This document shows, in pieces, positions 22,061 to 32,153 of a stretch of 64,000 nucleotides of DNA; position 1 is the stretch's first letter; the number at the start of each line of letters is the position of its first letter. The DNA is from Cyanophora paradoxa CCMP329. Its lineage: Eukaryota > Plantae > Glaucophyta. The notes under the pieces are model-generated. The model saw nothing but the letters and a program-made list of their open reading frames with translations. It was not told the DNA's origin and did not search any database. The stretch spans positions 868,001 to 932,000 of the forward strand of contig QPMI01000408.1 in the NCBI GenBank assembly GCA_004431415.1, read 5' to 3'. The position numbers and the translations under genes were made by a program.

Positions 22061-22978
22061 ATGGTCAAAGACAAGCATCGACGCTGCGCCAGGCTTACCT
22101 TTGACAGCAGAGACAGAAGGCCAATCGATTCAGAGGCAAACTTCGTGCTCGAAATCAATGAACCGATAATCAATCCAGTTGCTGTTCGACTAACCCAGTG
22201 TGAGTTCGCAAACAGCCTTTACACCAGCATTAAAGCTGAGTATCTTTCCATCACCTTTCCCTACCTTGGAACGCAAAACGTGGAGGTGTTTGAGCCTGGC
22301 ATAATTACGACTGCAAATCTGGGCGAAACAGATATTTACAACTTTGGCCTATCATTTAATATTGAGCTAGAAGGGATTTCAATTGCGTATTTTAAACTAT
22401 TTCGAGACCCAGAGACGCTGAAAATGTCTGCGTATTGCAACCGTTCCTGCACACTGACCTGCCAGTTCAAAGCCTTATCGAATCTGCTCGGGCTGAACCG
22501 AAATGAGCCCCTCCAGCTGTCTCCTATTGTGCTTGAAGGGCCGCAAAGACCAGCAACTGCAGCTGAGCGGTATCTAGAGGTTGCTGGCATTCCAGTGACA
22601 CCTGCTCACCCTGAGTACGGCGTGGATTTCACCGGAAGAATGCAGAGTATAGCACTTGGTTACGCCGTCGAATTTCCAAAGATAATCGACATGAACAGCG
22701 ACCAGTACCTCTTCCTTGTCTGCGAAGAGCTACGGCCGTTTGCTTCGAAGCTTCGCCGTGGGGCTAAATCAATGTGTAATTACGGGCTCGCTCGAATCCA
22801 GATGAGCCAGGATGTTGGCAAGTTCGTTTATATAAATCAGGAAAATGACGGCGAGTGGATCCACATCGAAGAGCGCCTGGTGCTGACCTCTCTGCGACTG
22901 CGCATTGTCGACAGAGATGGTGATGACGTCTCTCTGAATGGCCTGCCTTGGTCTGGTGAACTGCAATTTCTAGTTTAG
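22061..22978 (+). CDS. minor capsid/penton-like protein 2
   Basis: FDSRDR N-terminal motif; C-terminal LRLRIVDRDGDDVSLNGLPWSGEL. Confidence 0.8.
   Translation: MVKDKHRRCARLTFDSRDRRPIDSEANFVLEINEPIINPVAVRLTQCEFANSLYTSIKAEYLSITFPYLGTQNVEVFEPGIITTANLGETDIYNFGLSFNIELEGISIAYFKLFRDPETLKMSAYCNRSCTLTCQFKALSNLLGLNRNEPLQLSPIVLEGPQRPATAAERYLEVAGIPVTPAHPEYGVDFTGRMQSIALGYAVEFPKIIDMNSDQYLFLVCEELRPFASKLRRGAKSMCNYGLARIQMSQDVGKFVYINQENDGEWIHIEERLVLTSLRLRIVDRDGDDVSLNGLPWSGELQFLV
22064..22090 (+). mobile_element. 27-nt micro-element, in frame directly after the ATG
   Basis: GTCAAAGACAAGCATCGACGCTGCGCC; absent from the element C allele (ATGCGGCTT). Confidence 0.75.
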
Positions 22979-24451
22979 GTAACGTCCCGGAAATCAAGCC
23001 GGAACGCGTTCACATTTATAAATTCGTTTGTTATAATTTGCACATAGTTATACACCTGTGGGGTGATCAAGTGCGAGTCACTATGCATTATATCGAAGCC
23101 TGTCATAGATGGGTTTGCAGCAAGCACATTGGCTAGGACCGTATTTTCAAATAGTGACCCGTCTCGTAAATATCCTAAATTGGTCAGAATGCTGAAATTA
23201 AATAGGACTCCGGCGGCAAAGGCTGGCCCATACATAATTATTTGATGTAGCTCAAAAGGCTTAGGAAACTCGACTTTGATCCAGGGATTAGGTAAAGTGC
23301 CCCTTGGAACCCTGTTGAGTTAGGTCGAACGTGAGAAGGTGGGTGCAATTCCTCAAAGTCGTTGCTTGTGATGTTTGCATCTGGAATTATAAACCAGTTG
23401 ACATCAAATGGCGGCTCAACTGTTAAGGTAGACGATATGATAAGTCTCTCATCGTTCAGTAGGTCGTAGTTCGCCAGTAGAAAGCTGCAGAGTGCATTTA
23501 TTTTAGCATTTATTTCGGTTTGTTTCAGCCATAAATCAGTCGTGGAAATCAAATAAGAAATATTCGAAGGGGAGGCATCATCAAGCTTGCTCATAACTGC
23601 AGCTGGCAGCGGAACACTTAAACGCCAGTATCTAGTTAAATTTCTATCTGCATCAACTGGAAGCAGCTCCTGCATTTGAAAGTGCGATTCCAGCTCGCTC
23701 CCAGCCATTAGCATAGAAATAATTGGGCTGCCTGAGAGGGATAAGATCCAGCCCAGGGCGCCCCAGCCTGACGTCTCCGCATTCGAAAAGCCTGCAGTCA
23801 GTTGCTCACTGGCTTGGACCTCACCACAGCTGATGCTCACAAGAACAATTGGATCCTCTGCATCATAAATTTTGCTGGCGTGGCTTAGCGCTGCAACTGA
23901 GGGATTATTTAAACAGGCGATGGCCCATCAACAAGGTTTTTGTCTCCTAGAACCTTCGGTGGAAAGAATGTTGGCGCTGCAGAAGATGCTCTAACTGCAT
24001 CACGAATCAGCGTGCTCGAGTATGGCCCATCTTTGGTGAAAACTACGGGCTGCATCCGAACTGTATCAAACGCTGTAATTAATATGTCTTTGGTCGATTC
24101 TGCAATTGTGTAGTCTAGGGCAACGTCTGTGAGCACCGACTCCAGAGGGTTTCCATCATAGCGGCTTCCTGAGAGCAAGCTTGTGAGTGATCTCGGATTT
24201 GCGAATATTACAGGTAGGTTCGTTTGATATAAACTGAAGATATCACCTGCAGAATATTGATAAGCGAGAACAGAGCCTGGAGTTGATGGGATAGCCAAAC
24301 CGGCCGCTATTATTGCCCCTGTTGAGGTGCCTGCAAAGAAATCAAACAGCTGTGGAATTGCTTTCCCAGTAATCGCCTCGATCCGCTGTAGAATTCGGGC
24401 AATGACTATGCCACGAGCACCTCCACCTGATAGTGAGAGAATGACCTTCAT
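22971..24451 (-). CDS. patatin-like phospholipase with C-terminal discoidin/galactose-binding-like domain (homopolymer frameshifts)
   Basis: GGGARG, GTSTG, ASSAAP; the B/C consensus restores LVDGAIACLNNP; C-terminal NPWIKVEFPKPFELHQIIMYG. Confidence 0.82.
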
Positions 24452-24474
24452 TTTTAAAAGGGGCTTATATAAAA

Positions 24475-26248
24475 ATGTCCTACATCTTGAAGAAGCCAGT
24501 ACCACTTCGTAAAGCTCCAGATTTTGTGGATGATCGGCATATAAATATTCGCGTATTTGGGAGTACTCTAATTGACTACAATGCTGACAAAGATATACAC
24601 CAGACTGAGTTTAATCGCCCAGCTGCATTAATTCTGCGCAACGCACATGTTGGCGCCCCAGATATTGCACAGAGATTTTGTCTGGGTCCAGCTGAGAATT
24701 ATGTTGCTGAAATAATCGGATCCAGGGCGTTGCCGCGGCACCTGCGAATTGCCTCCTCAGGCACAGTTTCCAAATATGATTCTGGTAGATTAATCTTTAG
24801 GCTCCAAAATGATAGAGGGGTCCACACATCAGCTCTACGTCTAATTGATGAATCCAATGCTGTCACAAACAAGACTGCGGCTCACATTACAGGGCGAATT
24901 CTCCTTGGCGAAGAGTCGCAGACAAGCCGAAGGCAAGGAGCCACTTGTGCTCCGCACAGCGACGCTGCGCCTGCTGGAATATCAGTGCTAGCATCGCAAA
25001 TCCAGCCGTTTCCCTGGGATCTACTTTTTACAGCTGCACGAGAAGCGAATATTTTATACGGTTTTGATGTAAATCAAATCGATACTGAGCCAGCCACCAG
25101 GTTAGATATTCCTGGATGCACCTTGGGCTCTATCCTGATTGAAGCTGACAGGCACCTGCTCCCTGCGTTGCATGACAGCTACGATCTAGGGCTCCGCACC
25201 AGGCAGTGGCGAAATATTCATGGAACAAATATTTATCAGGATGGTAAGAAGGTTAGCACTGAAGAGGAGGTGATCAACATTTTCAACTACTACTTCGGAC
25301 CTATTGTCCCTATACCACCTATACCACCTCTTCCAGGGCTACCGAAGCCGCCAACCCCGGACGGCCCAGGTCGAGAGCGAGTTGCTGATGAAACAGTTCC
25401 TTTCGGTCAACATATTGTCAGTTGGGAGCAAGTTCGCAATAAACCTATCTTCGAACCGAAAAAGCAAATAGATGAACAGTATTTACCTCCTGAAATCGAT
25501 ATATTAGAGCTTGAAGAATACCAATTTGTCCAGATGAGGAAGAGTATTTACCTGACGGTTTCGACCCGCAAGAGTATGAATATGATCAATATGACCCCAA
25601 TGAGGAAGAGTATTTACCCGATGGTTTAGATCCACAAGAGTATGAGTATGAACAGAACTATGAACCCCACGAGGATTATTTAGCAGATGGCCTCGAGCCT
25701 CCTGCTGTTGAGTATGCGCAGCCTTATGAACACCATGAGGAATTATTGCCAGATGGTTTACAACCTGAGATTTTTGAGATGTACCTTGACTGGGAGCAGA
25801 TCAACAATAAACCCGCGAGATATCCACCAGAGGATCACAACCATGACTGGGATGAGATCTTAGGTAAACCTGAGAAATATCCACCTGAAGATCACAGGCA
25901 TGATTGGGGCGATATTGATGGAATACCACCTGAGTTTCCGCCGGAAGACCATTTACATATTTGGAGCGAAATACGAGAGCAGCCCACTTTTGCATCAGCA
26001 GGTAATGTTTTACTAGGAGATATTAACAATGGGGTAAGTCTCTACCAAAATATAGACACACCAGAAAGATTACAATTAAATGATTACTATGTGAATCGCA
26101 AAGGAATCGATGCAGGCACCACAATGGAAGGCGAATTATACATTAGACCCCCTACAAGAAATGGAATATTGGGACTTGGTGGTGGTATTGAAATTAAAGA
26201 CACCAAACCAGGTATCTATCTTACCAGCTACTATGCAGATGACATCCC
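24475..26248 (+). pseudogene. large fibre/spike protein, 3'-truncated copy
   Basis: Near-identical to 40642-42358; ends at the junction with host DNA. Confidence 0.8.
24915..24971 (+). mobile_element. 57-nt multi-hairpin micro-element, in frame in the fibre gene
   Basis: Inserted in GAAGA|TGCTGG relative to element C; adds 19 codons. Confidence 0.85.
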
Positions 26249-26375
26249 CGGTTATTGCTCCCTTGCAATTGGTGGCAAGTGCAGTCTGAGTGCGGATGTT
26301 GACTCTGCGCGAGCACGCAGGTTCGAACGTGGCGATGTGTACCAGTGCATGTACCGGTTCAGACTTCGATCTCAT

Positions 26376-26915
26376 AAAAAAATGGTGATTCTGACTACGC
26401 GGTGGGCCCAGCCCCCGGCCCCCACCCTCTCTCCAGATCCTCGCCCCTCCCACACACCCTAGCTACGTCCCCAGCCCCCTCCTTTGAGCTCTCTGGATCT
26501 ACGTCTACCCTAGACCCTAGGGTCAACACCGGCCCTGTTCCCTTTTAGGGAGTATTATAGGAGTACTTTGGAGAGTTTTCTATTGAAAAATCAGGAAGAG
26601 AGAGGCGGCCCCCCATGCGCCGGTCTACCAGCTATCTCCTATGTGATTATTTAGTGTGTGCTTTAGATGTTCCTTGAAGCTAGCTTTTGTTAGGAATTTA
26701 GATTCGGTGATAGTAGTTTATGTTTGTGTTTCCGATCTATCAACAAAAATTTCGTTTAGATTCGGTGATAGTAGTTTATGTTTGTGTTTCCGATCTATCA
26801 ACAAAAATTTCGTTTAGATTCGGTGATAGTAGTTTATGTTTGTGTTTCCGATCTATCAACAAAAATTTCGGCGAGATTCGGTGATAGTAGTTTATGTTTG
26901 TGTTTCCGATCTATC
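26376..26915 (+). repeat. left terminal inverted repeat, with about four 58-bp tandem units
   Basis: Reverse complement of 47306-47729; units start at 26701, 26759, 26817 and 26875. Confidence 0.92.
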
Positions 26916-27059
26916 AACACAAATTTCAACAATGTTGATGTCGCCTATGTGCTGGTCCTAAAAGCGATCTCTTAATGTGGTGTTTAGACCTGTGGCCCAT
27001 TATCTTACAAGACTTAAAGGGAGTGGGGTTTTATATTAGAAAAACAAAAGCGAACGTGA

Positions 27060-27599
27060 ATGTCGGCGCTAGAGATTACAGTACCGGTCGATGTCCCTGA
27101 GGGAGCAGTTGCAATTCCAATTCATAGCAAATCCAGTATCATAGCCTATGCTCTAGTGTCTGATGTTGATGCAAATCTAATCAGTGGTAAGCGCTGGAAC
27201 CTCGCAAATGGTCATGCTAAGACGAAGTTCAACTCTCAGAAATCAATTCTCATGCAACGAATGATATTTGGATCTATTCATGATGGATTTAACATCACGC
27301 ATTTAAATGGAAATAAACTCGACAACCGCAGGGAAAATTTGCGGCTTTGTACAAAGCGTCAAGAGAACCTAGCTAGGAGTCAAACTTCAAGAAATACCTC
27401 TGGTTATGTTGGTGTAACGATGGACAAGAAAAGGCAAATGTGGCGAGCCAAGTTTATGGTTAATGGTACTTATAAAACAATCGGGCGTTATAATTCAGCA
27501 GAGGAAGCAGCTAAAGCTCGTGATCAGTATGCTATTCAAAATGTTAGTGAAGATGACCGGCATTTTCTACGTCTAAATTTCCCAGCCATTTTAAATTAA
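27060..27599 (+). CDS. HNH-AP2 endonuclease-like protein
   Basis: THLNGNKLDNRRENLR, TSGYVGV, WRAKF, IGRYNSAEEAAKARD. Confidence 0.88.
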   Translation: MSALEITVPVDVPEGAVAIPIHSKSSIIAYALVSDVDANLISGKRWNLANGHAKTKFNSQKSILMQRMIFGSIHDGFNITHLNGNKLDNRRENLRLCTKRQENLARSQTSRNTSGYVGVTMDKKRQMWRAKFMVNGTYKTIGRYNSAEEAAKARDQYAIQNVSEDDRHFLRLNFPAILN

Positions 27600-28077
27600 A
27601 TAAATGTTCTGAACAAAGTTGGCCAATCAGAATTTAGATGATCAAAAAACCGGTTCGGTCACAAAAAGGGCTTGGAGCCGTCTTTTTTTTCGACTTCGAA
27701 CCGGCAGCCGGAGCCATCGAGCTCTTTAAAAAAATAAGGTCGATAGCTGGACTTTGCGAAACGTCAAGACACTTTGTGTCCAACCAATCACAATCCGAGT
27801 TCCGTGCAAATGCAAAGGATTATCGTGCTGCGATTGGCTGGAAGTCGACACCATGTCCAACGATCCCTTGATTTTGCGACAGCTAGAAATCGAGCGCGCC
27901 CGAGAGTTATCTAACTAGATCCATTCCAAGCCCAAGCCACGGTGCAGGCTAGCCCTAGCCGTCGGTACGTATTTATTTACAACACTTAAAGAAATCGCAT
28001 ATATATTATGCATCGCGCGGTTTATTGCGCAAAAAATCAGAAAATTCTTTCTGAACATAACTTTAACCGAAAACAAG

Positions 28078-31000
28078 ATGGATCGTCGTTTTGAAATCGC
28101 CAGATATAAAGAACAAATCGCATCAAAGGCCGAATCACTTTATTCGAGGGGTTATATTCACAAAGCATTTAGTAAATCTCTGATTAATTTGACAAATCGA
28201 AATACTCGCTTGGAAACATTGCAGAAGAATGCTTCACTATTGGATGAACTCTCAAATCTCCCCCGGCCTGCAAAGAGAGTATCTTCAAAGACACTGGAGG
28301 TTTCTATTGCGACAGCCCAGGCCGATCTTGTTGCCAGTTTTAGTGAGCTCCCAGATGCAATTGCAACACAGGACACTTCAAGAGCAGTAACTGAGCAGGA
28401 TGGTTCAGTCACAACAGCACTCAATGGAACTTTAGCTGAGGGCACCTATCGCCTTTCTAGGGGCTCAGGAAGGGTGACAGCCATTCAGGCTCACTATGAT
28501 AACAATCAGCATTTTCGAGAGTGGATTACTGTGCCTATCAGTGGAGAGAGGGAAAGGGCTAATGCAGCTCGAATGGGGATAGCATTGAAGATATATGGGA
28601 ATGGACTGTTTAGAAAAGTAGATTCAGATGCAGCACAATCTAGGATGATTGAGCTGCACCAGTACATCAGGATTGAGCTGGGGGCAGATTTAACTGAGGC
28701 AATCAGGAATCAGCTTCTCGCCCTTGATGTCAAAGCTGCTGAAGCCACAACAGATTCCTGGTATTTCGATTCCTGGATCTATATTCAGTGGCAGACTATT
28801 CGCTACTTCAGGAGAATGGGAGGCCGTGGGTTGAGATTTAAATTACCAGAATGGCTGAGAGAAAAGCAAGCATTAATTAACATAGATGCACCAAGTAATA
28901 AATGCTTTCTATATTCAGTTATAGCAGCCAAACACCCTCTAGAGTCAGGACAAGACCCTCGAAGTGCCTGCCACTACAGGTCTTATGAGGGGGAATTTGA
29001 TTGTAAGATGCTAGCATATCCAACCCCACTTGACTCCAAAATGTTCTCAAAGTTCGAGGAGGCAAACAACTTGAAGCTGTGCATTTACACAGTGGCTGTG
29101 GATGAGCAGGACATCATCCCAATCCACATCAGTGCAGGTACTGATGCTATTCCAATCCTGTATGTCCCTCCTGTTGAAGGAACCAGCCAGGTTGGTCACT
29201 ATCTGTGGATAAAAAGTGTTTCGAGGCTGTTCAACAAACATGGTAAGCATTCCCTACACTACTGTTTGGCTTGTCAGAGGGGTTTTGTTACCCAGGAAGT
29301 TTTGAAAAAACATATTGACACAGACAGGTGTTTAGAAAGGAAGGAGCATGGAAGGGACAAACTACCCAAAAAAGGGGATCACATTATAAAATTCAAGCGA
29401 TGGGAAACAACAATTCAACAAAGGCTAGCCATATATGCAGACTGTGAAACACTATGCACTCAAATTGCAGAGATAAACCGAACAGATTCAAAGACTAAAC
29501 AAACAGGTGTCCACCAAATTGCTTCTATAGGGGCAGTTGCTGTATCTACTAGTGGAGAGACAGAGTGGTTTACTAAAATGGGTGGACCTGAGGATGATTC
29601 CGCGGATGCCTTTGTTAGATGGTTGGATGCAAAGGAGCCCGAGTTCATTAGAAAGCTGAAGGAGACAAAGCCAATGAATGCACTTACAGATGAGCAGAAA
29701 GAAGCCCACTATTCAGCTATGGCATGCTATATGTGTGGCAAGCAATTTGAATTTCTGAATGACAAGTTAATGGACCACTGTCATGACACAGGAAACTACC
29801 TTGGTCCAGCATGCAAATCCTGCAACAAAATCAGGTCAAAGCCAAAGTCAATCTCAATCTGGTTTCACAATGGCAGGGGCTTTGACTTTCACCTGCTAGT
29901 GCGTGCATTATCAGCAGGGTATAATCGCAGGATGGTAGCACACAGGGCCTTTAAACAAGAGATTGAGAGAAAGGTTGAAGAGAAAAGGCCAAGAATAATC
30001 AGAACCATCGAGGCTTCCAAGGCAAGAATTATGGTGAAAAATAACTGGAGTGAGCAGGAGTTTGAGCAGCAGAAGGAGAAACTTATAAAGGAAAAACTGA
30101 AACAAGCTTTTGATGCACTTGAGGAACAGTTCAGACCAGCAGACCTGCTTTCAATTAAATTCGACCAGGTTTTCCAGAACTCTGAGAAAATCTCCCAATT
30201 TGTGTATGGCATCTATATCTTTCGCGATTCCTGCCAGCATTTGCTAGGAAGCATTGATGAGCTTTCGAAAGCTTTACCAGATGATCTGAAGAAAATAACT
30301 CGAGCTTTGCACCCTGATGAGGCTAAATTCAAGCTGATGACCAAGAAGGGGACTTACCCCTACCAATATATGACATCATGGGAGAGAATGTTGGAGACTC
30401 AGCTACCAGGTCGTCGTCAGTTTTATAATGAGCTCAAGCAAGAGAAATGCTCTAAAGAGGACTATGCTCATGCCCACAATGTTTGGAGGGAGATGGGATG
30501 CACTACACTGGCTGATTACACTATGACATATATGAAGACAGACATCTCACTGCTGGCAGATGTGTTTGAGAATTACAGGAAGAAGTGTCTTGAGAAGTAT
30601 AAAATAGATCCCAGCCACTATATGAGCAGCCCCGGGTTTGCCTGGCAGGCAGCTCTGAAACATACAGGTCAGGTGTTGGAGGTATTCTATGATGGCCAGC
30701 AGGATATGCACTCTTTCATTGAAAATGGAATCCGCGGGGGTATCTCTATGATTTCTAAAAGGTATGCTAAAGCAAACAACAAATGGGTTGACAAGTATGT
30801 GGTTGGTCACAAACAAAAGCAAGGCTGGCTACTTTACCTTGATGCCAACAATTTGTATGGCCTTGCAATGAAGCAGAAGCTTCCAACTGGAAGATTCAAA
30901 TGGGAGGACCTGGAGGGTATTACAGACCTTCAACAGTACATCACAGACTTAGATGCAGAGGGAAGCAGAGGCTATGCCTTGGAGGTTGACATGCACTGCC

Positions 31001-32151
31001 CAGAGGAACTACATGATTATTTCAGTGATTATCCTCTAGCCCCAGAGCGCATGTGTGTTTTGAAAGAGCATCTATCAAAAGCTCAGAGCGCTATGATTGA
31101 AGCAGAGAAGCTCAGCTCGATAGAGAGAACTGAAAAGTTGGTACCAAATCTGCTTCCAAAAGAAAAGTATGCAGTTGATGTGAGGGCACTGCAGTTCTAC
31201 ATTTCACAAGGAATGGTGGTAACTAAAATTCATAGGGTACTCTCCTATGATCAGTCAGCCTGGCTTGCCCCATTCATTGATTTCAACACACAAGAGAGGC
31301 AGAAAACACCATTCAAACATGAGCAAGATTTGTATAAACTGATGAACAACTCAGTGTATGGCAAAACCATGGAGAATGTGAGGAATCACTGCAACTCAGA
31401 GTTGGTGACTGATGGTGAAAGATTGGCCAAAATAAACACTGAACCTAACAGGTTAAAACAGGTTGTTGTTTATGATGAAAACTTAGTTTATGTTTCAAAA
31501 CGAAAAAGTGAGTTTAATCTCAACAAACCCATTTACTGCGGCTTCTCGATTTTGGATGTATCAAAGATTCACATGTACAGGTTCTACTATGAAGTACTTA
31601 AACCGCTGTGGGGGCAGCGAGTTAGGCTTCTGGGTACTGACACAGATAGTTTGATGTTGGAGATTGAAACAGAGAACATGTATGTTGATTTGAGAAACAT
31701 CAAACAATATCTTGATGTTGGAGATTATCCTGACAACCATCAGTTCTTCGAGGGGATGACTACTGATGAGATTAAACATCTAAAGAGCCTAGCTAAAACA
31801 CCAGGGCTTTTCAAGGATGAGTTAAAGGGCATTCAGATGATTGAGTGGATTGCTAATCGACCTAAATCATACCACTGGACCTCAGAAGATAAAGAGAAGA
31901 CAGTGTGCAAGGGTGTTAAAAAAGCGTTCAATAAGAAGCTTACCAGAGACAGATACTACGAGTGCATTTTCGGAGGGAAGGCCTGTAATATTGAGGGCAT
32001 TGTTGGATTTAAATCGAACAAACATCACATTTATGTTCAAAAATCAACTAAACAAGCCCTGCACCCCTTGGATACAAAGAGGTACCTTTGTGATGATCAG
32101 TTCACCACCAGAGCGATTGGTCATTACTTAAACAAAAATCTCGCCAATTAA
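28078..32151 (+). CDS. protein-primed family B DNA polymerase, full length, with OTU-like and endonuclease VII-like domains
   Basis: NKCFLYS...GHYLWIKSVSRL, YADCE, DHCHDTGNYLGPACKSCN, HNGRGFD, YLDANNLYGLAM, KLMNNSVYGKT, TDTDS. Confidence 0.95.
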   Translation: MDRRFEIARYKEQIASKAESLYSRGYIHKAFSKSLINLTNRNTRLETLQKNASLLDELSNLPRPAKRVSSKTLEVSIATAQADLVASFSELPDAIATQDTSRAVTEQDGSVTTALNGTLAEGTYRLSRGSGRVTAIQAHYDNNQHFREWITVPISGERERANAARMGIALKIYGNGLFRKVDSDAAQSRMIELHQYIRIELGADLTEAIRNQLLALDVKAAEATTDSWYFDSWIYIQWQTIRYFRRMGGRGLRFKLPEWLREKQALINIDAPSNKCFLYSVIAAKHPLESGQDPRSACHYRSYEGEFDCKMLAYPTPLDSKMFSKFEEANNLKLCIYTVAVDEQDIIPIHISAGTDAIPILYVPPVEGTSQVGHYLWIKSVSRLFNKHGKHSLHYCLACQRGFVTQEVLKKHIDTDRCLERKEHGRDKLPKKGDHIIKFKRWETTIQQRLAIYADCETLCTQIAEINRTDSKTKQTGVHQIASIGAVAVSTSGETEWFTKMGGPEDDSADAFVRWLDAKEPEFIRKLKETKPMNALTDEQKEAHYSAMACYMCGKQFEFLNDKLMDHCHDTGNYLGPACKSCNKIRSKPKSISIWFHNGRGFDFHLLVRALSAGYNRRMVAHRAFKQEIERKVEEKRPRIIRTIEASKARIMVKNNWSEQEFEQQKEKLIKEKLKQAFDALEEQFRPADLLSIKFDQVFQNSEKISQFVYGIYIFRDSCQHLLGSIDELSKALPDDLKKITRALHPDEAKFKLMTKKGTYPYQYMTSWERMLETQLPGRRQFYNELKQEKCSKEDYAHAHNVWREMGCTTLADYTMTYMKTDISLLADVFENYRKKCLEKYKIDPSHYMSSPGFAWQAALKHTGQVLEVFYDGQQDMHSFIENGIRGGISMISKRYAKANNKWVDKYVVGHKQKQGWLLYLDANNLYGLAMKQKLPTGRFKWEDLEGITDLQQYITDLDAEGSRGYALEVDMHCPEELHDYFSDYPLAPERMCVLKEHLSKAQSAMIEAEKLSSIERTEKLVPNLLPKEKYAVDVRALQFYISQGMVVTKIHRVLSYDQSAWLAPFIDFNTQERQKTPFKHEQDLYKLMNNSVYGKTMENVRNHCNSELVTDGERLAKINTEPNRLKQVVVYDENLVYVSKRKSEFNLNKPIYCGFSILDVSKIHMYRFYYEVLKPLWGQRVRLLGTDTDSLMLEIETENMYVDLRNIKQYLDVGDYPDNHQFFEGMTTDEIKHLKSLAKTPGLFKDELKGIQMIEWIANRPKSYHWTSEDKEKTVCKGVKKAFNKKLTRDRYYECIFGGKACNIEGIVGFKSNKHHIYVQKSTKQALHPLDTKRYLCDDQFTTRAIGHYLNKNLAN

Positions 32152-32153
32152 CA

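Larger units (their letters stand above)
2973..26248 (+). mobile_element. Polinton-like virus B, truncated at both ends, interrupted by an LTR element
   Basis: pPolB, integrase, HNH-AP2, ATPase, MCP, two pentons, patatin and a partial fibre; gene order matches element C; identity to C stops abruptly at 26248; no terminal repeats seen. Confidence 0.88.

Noticed and set aside
22064-22092. Micro-elements as tiny GT-AG introns
   Set aside because: Removing the 29-nt GT..AG here shifts the penton out of frame (ATG GCT TAC CTT TGA), the 24915 copy does not end in AG, and the 19508 copy is antisense to its neighbouring genes.
26701-26915. CRISPR array (also the 133-bp and 107-bp repeats)
   Set aside because: Head-to-tail repeats without unique spacers, no cas genes, eukaryotic context.
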